Source of the DNA: Octopus bimaculoides
Taxonomy: Eukaryota
DNA: 64,000 nt
Direction: 5' to 3'
NCBI RefSeq assembly: GCF_001194135.2
Contig: NC_068987.1
Location: 465 to 64,464, forward strand
Shown: positions 1 through 14,587 of the stretch, piece after piece
How positions within the stretch are numbered: position 1 is the first letter of the stretch
How the letters are laid out: every line of letters starts with the position of its first letter
Notes under the pieces: model-generated
Told to the model about the DNA's origin: nothing
What the model saw: the letters and a program-made list of their open reading frames with translations, nothing else
Database searches by the model: none
Position numbers and translations under genes: made by a program

Positions 1-1149
1 GCACACTGGCCATAAAGACGGGGACCGAATATTGAACACTGGCCATAAAGACGGGGACCGAAAATTGAACACTGGCCATAAAGTCGGGGAACAAAATTCG
101 CACAGTGGCCATAAAGTCGGGGACCAAATATTGCACACTGGCCATAAAGACGGGAGACTAAAAATCGCACACTGGCCATAAATTCGGGGACGAAAAATCG
201 CACAGTGGCCATAAAGACGGGGACCAAACATTGAACACTGGCCATAAAGTCAGGGAACAAAATCCGCACACTGGCCATAAAATCGGGGACCAGAAATCCA
301 CACTGGCCATAAAATCGGGGACCAGAAATCCACACTGGCCATAAAGTCGGGGACGAATAATTGCACAGTGGCCATAAAGACGGGGACCACAAATCGCACA
401 CTGGCCATAAAGTCGGGGACCAAATATTGAACACTGGCCATAAAGTCGGGGTCGAATAATTGGACATGGGCCATAAAGACGGGGACCACAAGTCGCACAC
501 TGGCCATAAAGTCGGGGAACAAATATTGAAAACTGTCCATAAAGTCGTGGACCATAAATCGCACATTGGCCATAAAGACAGGGACGTAAAATTGAACAAT
601 GGCTATAAAGTCGGGGACCAAAAATCGCACAGTGGCCATAAGGTTGGGGACGAATCATTGCACACTGGCCATAAAGACGGGGACCAAATATTGAACACTG
701 GCCATAAAGTTGGGGAGCTATAATTCGACACTGGCCAAAAAATGGGGGACGAAAAATCGCACACTGGCCATAAAGTCGGGGACCAAATATTGCACACTAG
801 CCATAAAGACGGGGACGAAAAATTGAGCACTGGTCATAAAGTCGGGGACGAAAAATTGAACACTAGCCATAAATTCGAGGACGAAAAATTGCACACCGGC
901 CATAAAGACGGGGACCAAACATTGTACACTGGCCATAAAGTCAGGGAACAAAATTCGCACACTGGCCATAAAGTCGGGGACCAGAAATTCAACTCTGGCC
1001 ATAAAGTCGGGGACGAATAATTGAACACTGGCCATAAAAACGGGGACCAAAAATTGAACACTGGTCATAAAGACAGGGTCCAATCATTTGCACACTGGCC
1101 ATAAAGTCGGGGTCCAAACATTTGCAAACTGGCCATAAAGTTGGGGATA
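1..1149. repeat. 33-bp GC-rich minisatellite, ~35 copies, runs off the left edge of the window
   Basis: Consensus approx. CACTGGCCATAAAGTCGGGGACCAAATATTGCA repeated head-to-tail; the 11-aa periodicity of every ORF in this interval (HTGHKVGDQIL, YGQCSIFGPRL, PDFMASVQFLV) reflects the 33-nt unit. Confidence 0.95.
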
Positions 1150-2169
1150 CCATCTTCCCCTGAGGTATGATATAGTTGCAAAAATTATTTACAATACTAT
1201 TCATAGGACGTACTGTCCTGATGTCTACAGTGAAAGGTACGTGAAAACCAGCAGGTATTTGCACCTTTCAAAACAAGGAATACTACAAAAGCATCAAGTC
1301 AGTGCAAACATAACAGACCAGATATTGTTTTGTGGAACAGGAAGTGGAAGTTATGCACTGTTGTGGGGGTCAGCTGCCCAGTAGATGTGACTGGACAGAA
1401 GTCCAAGAAACAGAGAACATTTATGGTGAATACAAAACTGACAGCTCTTGTACTCTGAGTTCTATGAATTCTCATTTCTACCCATCACCAGGTGTGCATC
1501 AGGTTAGGGTACCAACAGATATGCACAGAAACCTAGAAATACAGAGAAAGAGCAAAAGAAAACTGACGTGGATTCTTTAAATCCAATCTATTAGTAGCAC
1601 AATGAGGATTTGAAAGACATTCCCAAAATTCTCCATCTGAGATTTTTATGTAAATAGATGTATACACTTGGGTGTATGTACTGACAGTTCAACTAACACA
1701 CCAACTCACCTAAATATTTACAAACACTTGGAACTTTTTTAACTCAAAAAGTCTTGTTGTTTTGTTAGTGACCAGCTTGAATTCTCTCAAGAACTTAAAT
1801 AAAACTCAAAGAAAAATCCTTCCTATGTACCTACCTTCTTTCCTTCACTTACATCAGTCATGTGACAATGGCCATACTGGGGTACTGCAAAGACGGATTT
1901 AGGGTAGCTACCGGTATTAGTAGATGTTGTCATTCAGCCTAGTCTCTTGATCTATGTCATGAGGGTGTGTTGTGTGGGTGAATGATGTCACCTACCAATA
2001 CCAAAAGATTGCCAGATTTAGTCAAACAAATTAATCCCACTACTTATTCTACTGGTCTCTTTTGCCAAGCTACAGGGACATAAACAAACTAACACTGGTT
2101 GTCAAGCTGTTCTGAAGGGCAAACACTGAAACCAGGGAAATGATCTTGCTTGAAATGCAGAAAAGGAGT

Positions 2170-2900
2170 AACTCAAATTCCATATGCTGTATTGATGTAA
2201 ACTATAGACACAAGAGATGTAGAAGCATCACTGGCAGACTATCTGAGAATTAAGCTTCATATGTGATAAATGCACTGGAGCAGTATGTATGAGTTCAGCA
2301 GAAAGTGAATCTCTTACAGGCTCAGATGGCTCACTTAGAAGTTGAAAGCTTTTGTTGCCTACATGTAATTAGCAAAGAAGGTCATTGCACTGAAAGTATA
2401 GTTGTTAGAGTAAGAGGAAGGAGAAAGTTCTGGGAGCTACTATTACTATCAACAATAAAAATATTTTTCCTAAGGATGAAGAGTAACAGATTGTATGATG
2501 CTAGGGTTAGAGATGCAATGCTGCATGCTAGTGAGATATGGGTCTTGAATGCAGAGGAGTTGAGAAGAGTGAAAAGAAATGAAGTGAGCATACTCTGTTG
2601 GATGTGCAATGTGAGCATGCATGAAAAGCATAGTACAAAGATGCAGAATGTAAAATTGGGCAAAAGAGGAATTAGATGTAGTGTGCAAAAAAAGAAGACT
2701 GTGCTGGTATGAACATGTGTGTGGATGAGGACAGCTGTATAAAGAAAAGCCAAATGCTTAATGTGGCTGCAACTTGTGGAAGAGAGAGGCCCAAGAAGAC
2801 ATGGGGAAAAGCAGTGAATGCTGACCTTGGCACCCTCAGCCTGATGGAAATGACAAACAACTTGGGTCTTTATCGACATGAAGTTCTCAAAAACAGCTGT
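2170..2900 (+). mobile_element. Decayed RTE-clade LINE, 3' part of ORF
   Basis: ORF 2305-2712 contains RLYDARVRDAMLHASEIW, matching the C-terminal RT-associated motif (RLYDACVRTAMLHGSETW) of the better preserved copies at 5.5-6.9 kb and 52-55.7 kb; frameshifts and stops. Ends approximate. Confidence 0.8.
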
Positions 2901-3369
2901 CTTCATCAATGAAACTGAGTTCTGAAAGCAGTGTAGTGTCCTCTCCAGTCACCCCACACCCCTGCCTTTCTCTACCCCAGTCTCAGCAGTCTACCCAACC
3001 ATGTCATCTCCCTCTCTTGTTCTTTCTGTCAACTGTATCATCATTACTATTTCTCCAGCTCCCCATCCATTCTCTTCTACATCCCTGTTCTGTATTTCAT
3101 GGCTCATTGTTCATCCACCCTTGAACCCTTCCCCTTTTGGCAGTCAGCTTCCGCAACCCTTCAACTCCTTCCTATAAAATCTTGCAGATCACCCACTCAC
3201 CTTGTATTTATGGGCCACCTGGGCACCACATCAACATTATCTACTTGTTGCAGCTCCTGATCATTTTCTCTCTCTCTCTCTCTCTCCTACTAAATGAGAA
3301 TGGCCATGTAGATCTTCTACAAGAACCTGCTTGGACCTTCCCTTCCTTTTCATAGTTTAACCCCCTTCC

Positions 3370-3530
3370 CCTTGGGTTCATAGTCTTGTGAGCTGCATGG
3401 GGACCTCACAAGTGCCAGTGGAATGAGAACAGCTCCCAGTACATGCTGTAAAGTGTTTGGCATTAGAAAAGACATGCAGCCACGGAAATGATGCCAAAGC
3501 AAACAATGAAGTCCTTAGACTCAGTTGATT
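3370..3530 (+). mobile_element. SINE/RTE 3'-tail fragment ending in (GAT)n
   Basis: ...GGCATTAGAAAAGACATGCAGC...CATGTTAAATATTGATGATGATG, the same module seen in many copies across the window. Confidence 0.65.
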
Positions 3531-5044
3531 CTACCCAAACCAGCCAGACCATGGAACATGCATGTTAAATATTGATGATGATGATGATATTATATATATA
3601 TATATATATATATACTGATGTGTCTGGGGAAATATATATACATATATTTGTATGTGTGAAAAAAAACAAAACAAATAGATAGTTGAAAGCAGCACTACAT
3701 TTCAAAAGCATAGTTTATTAAAAAAAATAACAAGCTCATTACATATCAATATTACATAACCACTCTCCATTTCATTAGGTGATATTTTGCCATATATTAT
3801 GAAACTATGAAGGAAGTGCTATTTATGAAGCAAACAGAATGACACTTGAAATTTCAATGTAGGGTGGTGATATTAAACCTGGTGACCAATCAAAACAACA
3901 TGATTCCAAGTAATCTGTAGTTAACTTCAACAGAAGTGGTCTAATGGTCATTATTTAATATCCATGTTCTAACAGAGATAATAGCTCTGACCTTTCCTCA
4001 TACTTTTCTTGTTTCAACAATTCTACTTTCAGAACATCTTCCTCCATTGAGAATAGTAAGATTCTATTACCTCGAGGCAGCTTCCACAGCCTTTTAGGAA
4101 ATCCTATGTCAACTGTACATTTCCCACAAACAAACATTACTTTCTCTGTTATTCTTCCTGCAATTCCACTGCAGCTCGTCTGTCCACAGCATGTCCTGCT
4201 TACACTGTTCCTATACACTGTCTGTTTTCTTTCTTACTAGAAATTTGGTCTTTGTTAAGTGAACCTTAAAAGGCCCTTTGAGTTCACAAATAACAAAATA
4301 TCACATGTATAGGGTTTAGTAATCACGTTTTAACAGCATCAATGATTGGGGAAAATGTGTTTCCCAACACCTGTTCCTGCCCTGACAACTAGCACCTAAC
4401 TGGGCACATTACATGTTCATAAGATGATCAACTTCATAAGTGTTTAATGCACAAAGTTATCCTATTGTTCTTTATCTCACTCATTGTATGATAGCATCCA
4501 ATATCTACTACTTAATATCATATAATGTCAATAAATTATACAGTGATAATTATAGATTTCTAACTGAGATCAATGTGAAAATTTGATTTGCAGATCAAGT
4601 TTGTGAATTCAATAATACATCATTGTGTCACCACAAGTTTTGGTTAAATGGTCTACATAAAAAATGATGGAATAATAATTCCAGACTAAACCAAATTTAG
4701 GTAAATTCCATGTCAAGAATATTCATAAAGAGTTATGAGGCCATAATTCAAGATTACAGGTCTTACAACAGTTGAGATGAGATGAAAGAAAAAAAAAAGT
4801 ATTAAAATATGATATATGACATACACATGTTGATGACAATGCTTAATCCGGTTTTCATGAATGCAAAACAGGCAGACAATGATGACAATGGTGACAATGA
4901 TGACTCACAGGTTGTGCTTTCAATGGAGTAAATGACTCTGCCCACCTCGTCTGTGTTCTCTTCAGAAGTTTCAAATATTAAATCAATTCAAGTTGAAACC
5001 ATTCTGCTTTTACAATAGAGTAACAACAAACAAATTATACCACC

Positions 5045-5490
5045 CATCATCATCATCATCATTTAGCATCCATTATCCATGATGGCATGGGGTGGACAGT
5101 TTTAACCAGGACTGGTAAGCTGAGGGGGCTGCACCAGACTCCAGTCTGATTTGACATGGTTTCTACAGCTGGATGCCCTTCCTAACACCAACCACTTCAA
5201 GAGTGTAATGGGTGCCTTTTATGTGCCACCGGCACAGGTGCAAGTCACGTGACACTAATATCTGCCACAACTACGATTTCACTTGGTTTCTCAAGCACAG
5301 CATTTTGCCAAAGATTTCAGACATTTGTTATTGCTTCTGTGAGGCCCAGCACTTGAAAGGTGCTTTTTACATGCCACCAGCATGAGTGCTAGTTGTGTGA
5401 TACTGGTATCAGCCACATTGCCTGTGAGACCCAACACTAGAAAAGTGCTTTTTACATGCCAGTTATGTGACACTGACAACAGCCACAATT
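5045..5490 (-). mobile_element. SINE/RTE 3'-tail module with (CAT)n end
   Basis: CATCATCATC...TTTCTACAGCTGGATGCCCTTCCTAA...CAACCAC; directly adjoins the RTE body at 5500-6860. Confidence 0.75.
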
Positions 5491-5499
5491 ATGATTTCA

Positions 5500-6860
5500 T
5501 TTGGCTTGTTGGGTTTTCTCAAGCACAGCATATCTCCAAAGGTCTCAGTCACTAGTCATTGCCTCGGTGAGGCCCAATATTCGAAGGTCATACTTCACCA
5601 CTTCATCCCAGGTTTTCCTGGATCTACCTCTTCCACAGTTTCCCTCAACTGCTAGGGTGTGACACTTTTTCACACAGCTGTCCTCAACCATTTGCAACAC
5701 ATGACCATACCAGCGCAGTTGTCTCTCTTGCACACCATATCTGAAGCTTCTTAGGTTCAGCTTTTCTCTCAGGGTACTTACACTCTGTCAAGTATGCACA
5801 CTGACATTACACATCCAGCGGAGCATACTGGTTTCATTCCTTGCAAACTTACGCACGTCCTCAGCAGTCAAGGCCCATGTTTCACTGCCATGTAGCATGG
5901 CTGTTTCGTACACATGCGTCATACAGTCTACCTTTTACTCTGAGCGAGAGGCCCTTTGTCACCAGCAGAGGTAAGAGCTCTCTGAACTTTGCCCAGGCTA
6001 TTCTTATTCTAGCAGCTAAACTTTCAGCGCACCCTCCCCCACTACTGACTTGGTTACCTAGGTAACGGAAGCTATCAACTACGTCTAGATTTTCTCCCTG
6101 GAATGTGGCAGAAGTTATTTTCTGCACATTTTCAGTGTTTATTGCTCGAGCATTTGCCACATACAAAAACTATCTTCCCAGTTAGCCTTCCTTTGATATT
6201 GCTCCACCTCTTATGTGTCCATAGCTTACACTGGGTGCATCTTATAGAGTTTCTACCTACGCCTTTTCTACAGATCAAGCAGGGCCACCTACCTGAAGGG
6301 ATTTGTGGTTTGTCTGCCTTCCTACTAATTAGGACTTTGGTTTTAGCTAGGTTGACTCTAAGGTCCTTCGATTCTAATCCTTGCTTCCACACCTGAAACT
6401 TTTCCTCTAGTTCTGATAGTGACTCAGCAATTAGAGCAAGGTCATCAGCATAGAGGAGCTCCCAGGGGCATCTTGTCTTGAATTCCTCTGTTATTGCCTG
6501 GAGGACTATGATGAATAAGAGGGGGCTGAGGACTGATCCTTTGTGGAGCCCTACTCGGGAATTCTTCACAGTACTCGTTGCCAACCCTCACCTTACTGAC
6601 AGCATCCCTGTACATGGCTTGCACAGCTCTCTCACTAACCCTTCATCTATCCCTAGTTTCCTTATTCACCACTAGATAAGGGATTGAGGTACCCTGTCAA
6701 AGGCTTTCTCCATATCAACAAAAGCCAGGTACAGAGGTTTATCTTTGGCTAGATATTTCTCTTGCAGCTGTGTTACCAGAAATATAGCATCAGTGATGCT
6801 TTTCCCTGGCACAAACCCAAACTGCATCTCATCTAATCTGACTCTCTCCCTAATTAGTTG
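5500..6860 (-). mobile_element. RTE-clade LINE, 5'-truncated, reverse transcriptase region
   Basis: Minus-strand ORFs give MQFGFVPGKS...LAFVDMEKAFDRVP, GLHKGSVLSPLLF, ELLYADDLALIAES (RT catalytic YADD), FRYLG, RLYDACVR; several frameshifts. Confidence 0.93.
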
Positions 6861-6865
6861 GGCTA

Positions 6866-6915
<50 letters not shown>

Positions 6916-6935
6916 AGAGAGAGAAAGAGAGAGAG
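6866..6935. repeat. (GT)n(GA)n microsatellite
   Basis: Directly visible dinucleotide runs. Confidence 0.95.
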
Positions 6936-7091
6936 TAGGCCACAGAAAATTTGCCTCAATTATCTGTCTGACCTGTGCAAGCAAGGAAAAGTGAATGTTA
7001 AAACAATGATGGCAACAGTATTCTGTATTAAGATATTCATATGTAGGTAGGTAATTGTTCGGAAGAATGATTTATCGCAGTCATCAGCCTT

Positions 7092-8492
7092 TTATGCTGT
7101 ATGAGTATACTTGTGTCTTTTTAAGTTACCAGCATGAGAGAAGGATCTACCACAGATATCACAGTGATATGGCTTCTCTCCTGTATGAATACGTTTGTGA
7201 GTAATTAAGTGACTTGTTACAGAGAACGATTTCCCACAGATATCACAGTGATATTGCCTTTCTCCTCTATGAATGTGTTTGTGATCAGTCAACTTACTAT
7301 TTACAGGGAACGATTTATCATTGTAATATGATTTCTCAGTTAAATGAAGGCGTTTGTGTTTAGTTAAGTACCTATTGTGAGAAAATGGTATACCACAAAT
7401 ATCACAGTGAAATGGTTTCTCTCCTATATGGATGCGTTTGTGCTTAGTTACATCACTATTTTGAGAGAACGAATTACCACAGATATCACAGTGATATGGC
7501 TTCTCTCCTGTATGAATACGTTTGTGGATAATTAAATGACTTGTTTGAGAAAATGATTTGCCACAGATATCACAATGATATGGTTTATCTCCTGTATGAA
7601 TATGTTTGTGTGTAGTTAAGTGACTTCTTTGAGAGAATGATATACCACAGATATCACACTGGTATGGTTTCTCTCCTGTATGAATATGTCTGTGTATAGT
7701 TAATTTACTTCTAGCAAAGAATGATTTACCACAGATCTCACAGAAATATGGCTTCTTTCCTTTATGAACATATCTGTGATGTATCGTTAGAGCACTTCCA
7801 TGAGAGAAGGATATATCACACATATCACAGTGGTATGGTTTCCCTCCTGTATGAATATGTCTATGCATAGTTAAGTTACTTGTTGCAGAGAATGTTTTCT
7901 CACAGTTATCACACTGATGTGGTTTCTCTCCTGTATGAATGTACTTATGTATAGTTAAGTTACTTGCTGCAGAAAATGATTTACCACAGATATCACAGTG
8001 ATAAGGTTTTTCTCCTGTATGAATATGTCTATGTACATTTAGGTTACTTGTTGCAGAGAAAGATTTGCCACAGATATCACAATGATATGGCTTCTCTCCT
8101 GTATGAATGCGTTGGTGTTTAGTTAAGTTACTCCCTACAGAGAAGGATTTACCACAGATATCACAGTGATATGGTTTTTCTCCTGTATGAGTATGTCTAT
8201 GACTAGTTAAATGACCTCTTTGAGAGAATGATTTATCACAGACTTCACAGTGATATGGCTTCTCTCCTGTATGAATGTATCTGTGTTTTGATAAGTTGCT
8301 TTTTTCAGAGAATGATTTACCACAGATATCGCAATAGTATGGTTTTTCACCTGTATGAATACGTTTGTGAGTGTTTAGGTTGCCTTTTTTAGCGAATGAC
8401 TTCTTACAGATATCACAGTGATGTGATGTTTTTCTTATCTCTTTCACTATCTCATCATTAATTACATTTAACCTACTGCTCACATAATTCAT
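7092..8492 (-). CDS. Poly-C2H2 zinc-finger protein (ZNF gene 1), ~466 aa from the first ATG, 15 intact fingers + 1 Cys-less degenerate finger
   Basis: Tandem CxxC-x12-HxxxH repeats with TGEKPY linkers; first in-frame ATG at 8490-8492 (the track's start at 8519 is GTG); candidate acceptor AG at 8850-8851. Confidence 0.93.
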   Translation of the reverse strand: MNYVSSRLNVINDEIVKEIRKTSHHCDICKKSFAKKGNLNTHKRIHTGEKPYYCDICGKSFSEKSNLSKHRYIHTGEKPYHCEVCDKSFSQRGHLTSHRHTHTGEKPYHCDICGKSFSVGSNLTKHQRIHTGEKPYHCDICGKSFSATSNLNVHRHIHTGEKPYHCDICGKSFSAASNLTIHKYIHTGEKPHQCDNCEKTFSATSNLTMHRHIHTGGKPYHCDMCDISFSHGSALTIHHRYVHKGKKPYFCEICGKSFFARSKLTIHRHIHTGEKPYQCDICGISFSQRSHLTTHKHIHTGDKPYHCDICGKSFSQTSHLIIHKRIHTGEKPYHCDICGNSFSQNSDVTKHKRIHIGEKPFHCDICGIPFSHNRYLTKHKRLHLTEKSYYNDKSFPVNSKLTDHKHIHRGERQYHCDICGKSFSVTSHLITHKRIHTGEKPYHCDICGRSFSHAGNLKRHKYTHTA

Positions 8493-8979
8493 TTTCAATA
8501 AGTTTTTTTCTCTCACCACAATATATATATATGTGTATATATATATAAATATTTCTTGTCTTCTTTTTTTATATTTAACTCATAAGAAATATTTTTACTG
8601 TTATATTTTCATCAACTGTGCTCTTTGTCAATATCTGAAGATGCTGCAATCTCTTTTGTAAATTTGTCCATGTTGAATGAGAATGAAAAGGTCACCTTAA
8701 ACAGATTCCAGACAGTAATTCTATCAGATTTATACAAACAGGGTTATATAATTTCTGTATAACATTTTCCTTAAGTCTTTAAAAGATGATAAATATTGAT
8801 GATGCATCTGATGTAAACATTTTCTTTTTAGCCAATACCATCTGATATTCTGAAATAACAGAGAGAAACAATATAAGATGTAGAGGATAACATAAAATGT
8901 AAATATAACAATGGACATTTCTCTATATTTCTATGGTGATGAACTGTCAACAGAAGTATCTAGCTAAAAGTAAGCCATT

Positions 8980-10085
8980 GTACCTGACATTCACTGACCT
9001 GCAGAATGTCTTTAACAGGGTTCCTTTGCTCTGTGATATGGTGATTTCTGAGGAAGCTAGGAGTTGATGAATGGTTTGTGAGGGTTGTACAAACCACGTA
9101 TAGGGATGCAGTCAGTAAAGTGACAGTTGGGCATGAGTACTACAATAAAGTTAGGGTACGGGTAGGTGCGTACTAGTCCCTTAGTCCCTTCTTAGTCCCT
9201 TCTTATTGTCCTCCAGATCATAATAGTGGAATTTATAACTTGCTGCCTTTGGAAACTATTATATGTCAACGACCTCATTCTCAAAGCAGAATCTAGAGTA
9301 GAATTTGAAAAGAAATTCTTGGTATGGAAGCAAACCTGGAATTGAAGAGCCTTAAAGTTAACTAAGCAAAGACAAAAGTTCTAGTAAAAGCAGAAAAATA
9401 GACTCCCATTCACTGCTCACGTAAATGGCCCTGCCTGATATGTAGGAGAGACTAAGGCAGGAATTCAGTATAATGTACCTGGTGCAAGCTATGGATGCAA
9501 AAGTGATGCAGTGGAATCACAGAAAAGTTAACTGAGAAAGTAGTGTTTGTATGTGGAAGAAGCATAGGAGCCATAAGGAATAAGGAGACAGGGAATATAG
9601 TTTCTCTTAGAAATAATAATAGATGACATTCTGAAAATATAGTTGCTAGAATAAGGAGGTATTACTTTGTTAGTTACAAAAGGTCTCTCTCTGAACAAAG
9701 GCAGACTGTATGATGCTTTGGTACTAACAGCAAAGCTACATTGTAGTGTGATGTGGGCCATGAATCTAGAGGACATGCAAAGACTAGAGAGGACTGAAGC
9801 TAGTACATTCTGCTGGATGTACATAGATGACAAAGTGACATGGTTTTGATCTCTCAAAAATAAGACATAAAAGGAATGAGTTGTTGTGTGCAAGATAGAC
9901 AACTGCACTGGTTTGGTCATGTGATGTGTATGAATGAGAGCAGCTGTATAAAGAAATGCTGGTTGCTTAATGTGGAAGACATGGGATGAGGTAGTAAAGG
10001 CTGAGCAGAAGATGCAGAGGAGATAACAAAGGACCGATATGAATGGCAATTCACTGTGCTTGAGAAGACCTGTCCAACCCAGCAA
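8980..10085 (+). mobile_element. Decayed RTE LINE fragment, antisense in the predicted intron of ZNF gene 1
   Basis: LVTKGLSLNKGRLYDALV and homology by eye with the RTE at 5.5-6.9 kb; many stops. Confidence 0.8.
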
Positions 10086-13000
10086 AAATGATATCTTAAA
10101 TAAAAGCATTCTGATTGTAACTGATTTTGCCCTGTCAACCATTCCTCACATCTCCTTCCTCTAACAACCAGCCTTCCACCATTTTGCATATTATCCCTTC
10201 CTCTTTCTGTATATCTTTATCACTCCACATCTTACCCCTCCCTCCCCATACTGTTCCTTCCTCCCTTCCCTATCTATATTTTACTCGTTACCTTTCCACA
10301 GTTATCTCTCTCCTACGTCACACTCATTAAAATATTTCATATATGGACAATAATAACTGCTGCATACATTCTACATCACACTCTGCCCCTCAACCTTCTG
10401 ATCTACCCCCTCTTAAGCCACCTCTATCGCTCACCATACGCTCTCTCTCTCTCTCTCTCTCCATATAGATGTTTCCCATCATTCATATCTCCTCCAGCCC
10501 CATCTCCAACCATCTGTTACTCTTCCCTCACACACTTAGGAAAATACCCACTACTTTCTACCATTTCCTGACCCACTGTCTGTATCCTCTTTTACACTCA
10601 CCTTTCTATAGCCTGGGAGTCAGCTCTGACATTGCATCACCGTCATCTTTATCCCCTCGCAACTACTCACAGCCACTAGAGCCAGTGACATGAAGAGGCT
10701 CCCAGCACATGCTGAAAAGTGGTTGGCATTAGGGTTAGGGTGTCTAGCTGTAGAAGCCATGTCAAAGTTCAGCCAAGCTGGGCAGCTTGAGGCATGCTGT
10801 CAAACCATCCAATCTATATCGGAATGGAAAATGGCTGTTAAATGATGATGGGAAAATAAACATTTACCGAATCATACAACCTTATGTGAAGTTGATATAT
10901 TTTCAGACTGTGTAACATCATCAAAGTTTTAGCATCCAGTTTTCCATGCTTACATAGGTTACATGGAATTTGTCAAAGGTAGTTTTTCTATGGCTGGATG
11001 TCCTTGTCACCAACTCTTACCTGTTTCCAAAACAAGGTAACATTTCCCATAAATAGATATGCTCTTCATGGAAAACAGGAGCAAATGAACATCATCTGCT
11101 TGACAGTGGAACTTGTTTACAACCACCACATGATGTCAAGACATCGTTATACACAAACACATATACATCATCATCATTTCACATCTACTTTTCCATGCTC
11201 TGCATGACTCAGACAGAACTAGTTGATGTGGGGGTTTTTTTTTTACAACCAGATGCCCTTCCTGTCACCAACCCTCACCCATTTTACAAGTAAAGTTATA
11301 TTTTCCCATGACCAAACATGTCTTGGAAGACACTGCATGAATGACAGTAACACACACACATGTACCAATGCCCCGCACATATCTACTGCAACCTCCACCA
11401 TATATTTCTCTCCATCATTTGCTACAGTCACCTTAATCCTGCCCATTCACTCAGACCAAACATTGGTATCACCTCACCTATCCTCACCACCCTCAATGTC
11501 CCTGAAGGGCATCTCCTGACATATCTTTGCTATCATCTCCCTCACTATCATTCTCCTCATCTTATTCTCTAACTCAATCTTCTTTCTTTTCCAATAGGGG
11601 TATCCATGTATCTAAACCATAAAAAAACACTTATCTGTTCCTCCATACATTTAATTTTTCAACTGGCACAAAGTTACACCCTCTCAAAACTAATCCCCAC
11701 TCCCAATTGAAGGGATTTTGTGTCTCGAGGTATTTGGTGATCTTGTTAGTGCCAGTGTCACATAAAAAGCACCCAGTCCTCACTTTGTAAAGTGGTTGGC
11801 ATTAGGAAGGACATCAAGTTGTAGAAACCATGCCAAAACAGACAATGGAGCCTGTTAGGGTTCCTAGCTTTGCTAGCTCTTGTCAACTATCCAACTCATA
11901 CCAGCATGGGAAATAGATCTTAAATGATGATGAAGATATATAAAAGATGGACTTCTTTCAGTTTTTGTCAACCAAATACAGCCTCAGACTATAATCAAAG
12001 AGACTTGCCCAAGGTGTCATGTAATGGGACTGAAATCAAAACCATTTGGTCGGGAGAGTTTCGAGTTCCCATTTCTCAGAATTGTGATGAATGAGAATGT
12101 GAAATTCTGAGCAACAGTTTTGTGAATATTTTGCAGGTTTATATAAAATTAGGATTAGGGTTATATAAAATACTTCTGATTCATCATCTTTCTTCCCCTT
12201 AAATATGAGTCACCGTGTAGCTCCACTACAAGAACCTGCTCTACCCCAACCTCATCCCCTCAAAGCCCATCTAAAATAAGGATGCACTCTTCTCCTTGGG
12301 TTTTGTAGACTTGTGAACTGCATGGTAACCTCAATAATACTAGTGACATGAAAAAGCACTCAATACACATTGTAAACTGGTTAGCATTAGGAAGGGTATG
12401 CAGCTGGGAACACAGTGCAGTCCTCTGATCCAGTCAAACTGTTCAACTCATGCTACCATGGAACACGGACGTTAAATGATGGTATCATCATTTAACATAC
12501 AGGCTTTTAATTTTCATCTACCAAATTCGCTCATAAGGCTATGGTTGGTGACAACAGAAGACACTTGCCTAAGGTGCTGTCCTAAGACCACATGGTTAGA
12601 AAACAAGTTTCCAAACAACATAGCCACGCCTTTTTTTAAATTAGTGAAAGGAAAAAAAAAAAAAACAGTTGTCTTCAGCAAGATTTGAACCAAGTACATA
12701 AAGAGATGTAAATAAATTCTGCAATGTTTTTGTTTTTTTTTTGTATATATTCTATTACATCTGACATTCTTATTTACATCCATACACATACAGAGCCTGT
12801 AAACTAGGAAACAAACAGATCTGATGCAAATTGGGTACATCATTGATGAGGTCACAAATGATGCCAAAAGGACTTTGACGAATATAGCTGATTGATTGAC
12901 TGAATGATTAATCAAACAATCGATTATTTAAGTAGTTGACTAATAATAAAAGAAGTGAAATAGAACCAACGCGTATATTATTGACGTAATGACCGTCCTG

Positions 13001-13523
13001 AGATACAAAAATATGTTCTAACATACGAGTTCACACTAAAAATCTTGCAAACCAAATACAAAAATACTGAAAGTGAATTTTTTGTAAATCTAATAGCTTT
13101 CGGTGCTTTCTGGGTATTACTGATTGTTTTTTAAATTACATTTTAACTTTATTTACAACATTGGTGTTGATTTTAACACCGCGTGTGGAAAACTGGGATA
13201 TCATTTGACATTTTAAAGTCAAAAAACAATTTAAACAAACGGGAAGATTCCCGTTTGTTTGTTTCTGACAAATGGCATTGACCAAACAATATTCATCGCA
13301 GACAATTTGATGTCCCTCACTAAAAACTTTTGTGGCGACAGAATGGATATAATGGAGTTGACAAAACATATAATATGTCGTATAATGTTTGATACTTTTA
13401 TAATAAATTCTTATTAAACAATCAGTAAATAAGGATATTTTTTTATATTCTCAAAATAATAATAAATATCAGGAATGGTTAATAGTTTCACTACAAATGA
13501 CACTTTAGGCTGTTAATACTTAC

Positions 13524-13710
13524 GGGAATATTTCACAAATGACGGTGTCTGGTTGTAGAGAAAATATTTTTGGCAAGATAATATTAGAGCTTTGTCTGGC
13601 ATTTAATAAATGAAGAAATATTTTTAAAAAGACATGTTTACATTTAATCAATATTTTCGTTTCTGGGAACCAAAGACGGAAGTGAAAGCTACTCTTACAG
13701 CGCATGCGTA
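13524..13710 (-). promoter_or_regulatory. Putative promoter and non-coding exon 1 of ZNF gene 1
   Basis: Minus-strand donor GTAAGT (ACTTAC 13518-13523); CGGAAGTGAAAG from 13677 (ETS/IRF-like); GCGCATGCG 13700-13708 (NRF-1-like); local CpG enrichment. Confidence 0.5.
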
Positions 13711-14587
13711 TCTAGGATTAAACTTTCATTTCTTTTCCGTCTCACAGCTAATTGTCTCTGTAGTAGTCATGTAATTGAATTCCATTTACTTACTAGGATG
13801 TTTTATAGGAATATTAAATTGATTCAGGGAGGTTACTTTGATTGGCCTACATGATAAAGTTGGATTCTTTTTATTAGGGACTTTTGTTTTTTGTGGGTGT
13901 GACCAAAATTTCAATATTTCGCATAAAGGGACGAACCACCTATGTTAAACTGCTGTTTAGAAGTTGGTTGTTTTGATATTGGAAGTAAATTAAGGCAAAC
14001 AATTAAACGGAGGACAAATGTAGATTTTTTTTTTCCTGTATGTAACGAGAATGTTATCAATGGATACTTTCTTTCTCGAAACACTACAACAAAAGCTACG
14101 GAGATGAACTTGCATAGCAAGTGGTTTGATCAGAGATTATGTGCTGAAAGTAAAGCGACTGCAGAGTGGAAGACACAAGTTAGCCACTCAGAAACACACA
14201 ATGCCTGTTTAACTTCACGTATATATTTATGTGTCAAAACTTTCGTCGCTTCAAACTGACAAAGAATTTTGCTGCATCTGAAAATTCTTGAAAATATTGT
14301 GGTAGATGGTTTGGGATGTTTCTCTTGATGTTTTGTTTTTGTTAGGATAGTTTAGTCGTTCTGGTTGGTTGCCCATAGCGGGTCAGTTATTAACGATACA
14401 TGATGACTTTATCAGCTGTGTTTTCTATATATTCATTCTCATTTCTTCCGGCCCTATTATTCGTAGAATACAGTGTTGGTCGGAGAGCTGAAGGTATCAC
14501 GGAGTTGCTCTCTGGACAGTCGCATGTTAGAGTAGTTTTAGCAGTAGTAAGGATAGTTCTATATTTAAGAGATGAGGAATTATCTAT

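Noticed and set aside
1-1149. CRISPR-like array or reflectin-like repetitive protein
   Set aside because: Units are contiguous with no unique spacers and the DNA is eukaryotic; the Met/Asp-containing frames lack the reflectin motif and are a by-product of the 33-nt period.
7050-7090. CTGATGA on the minus strand just after the gene 1 stop
   Set aside because: Part of a degenerate zinc finger (A-D-D-C-D-K-S-F); no stem II or GAAA.
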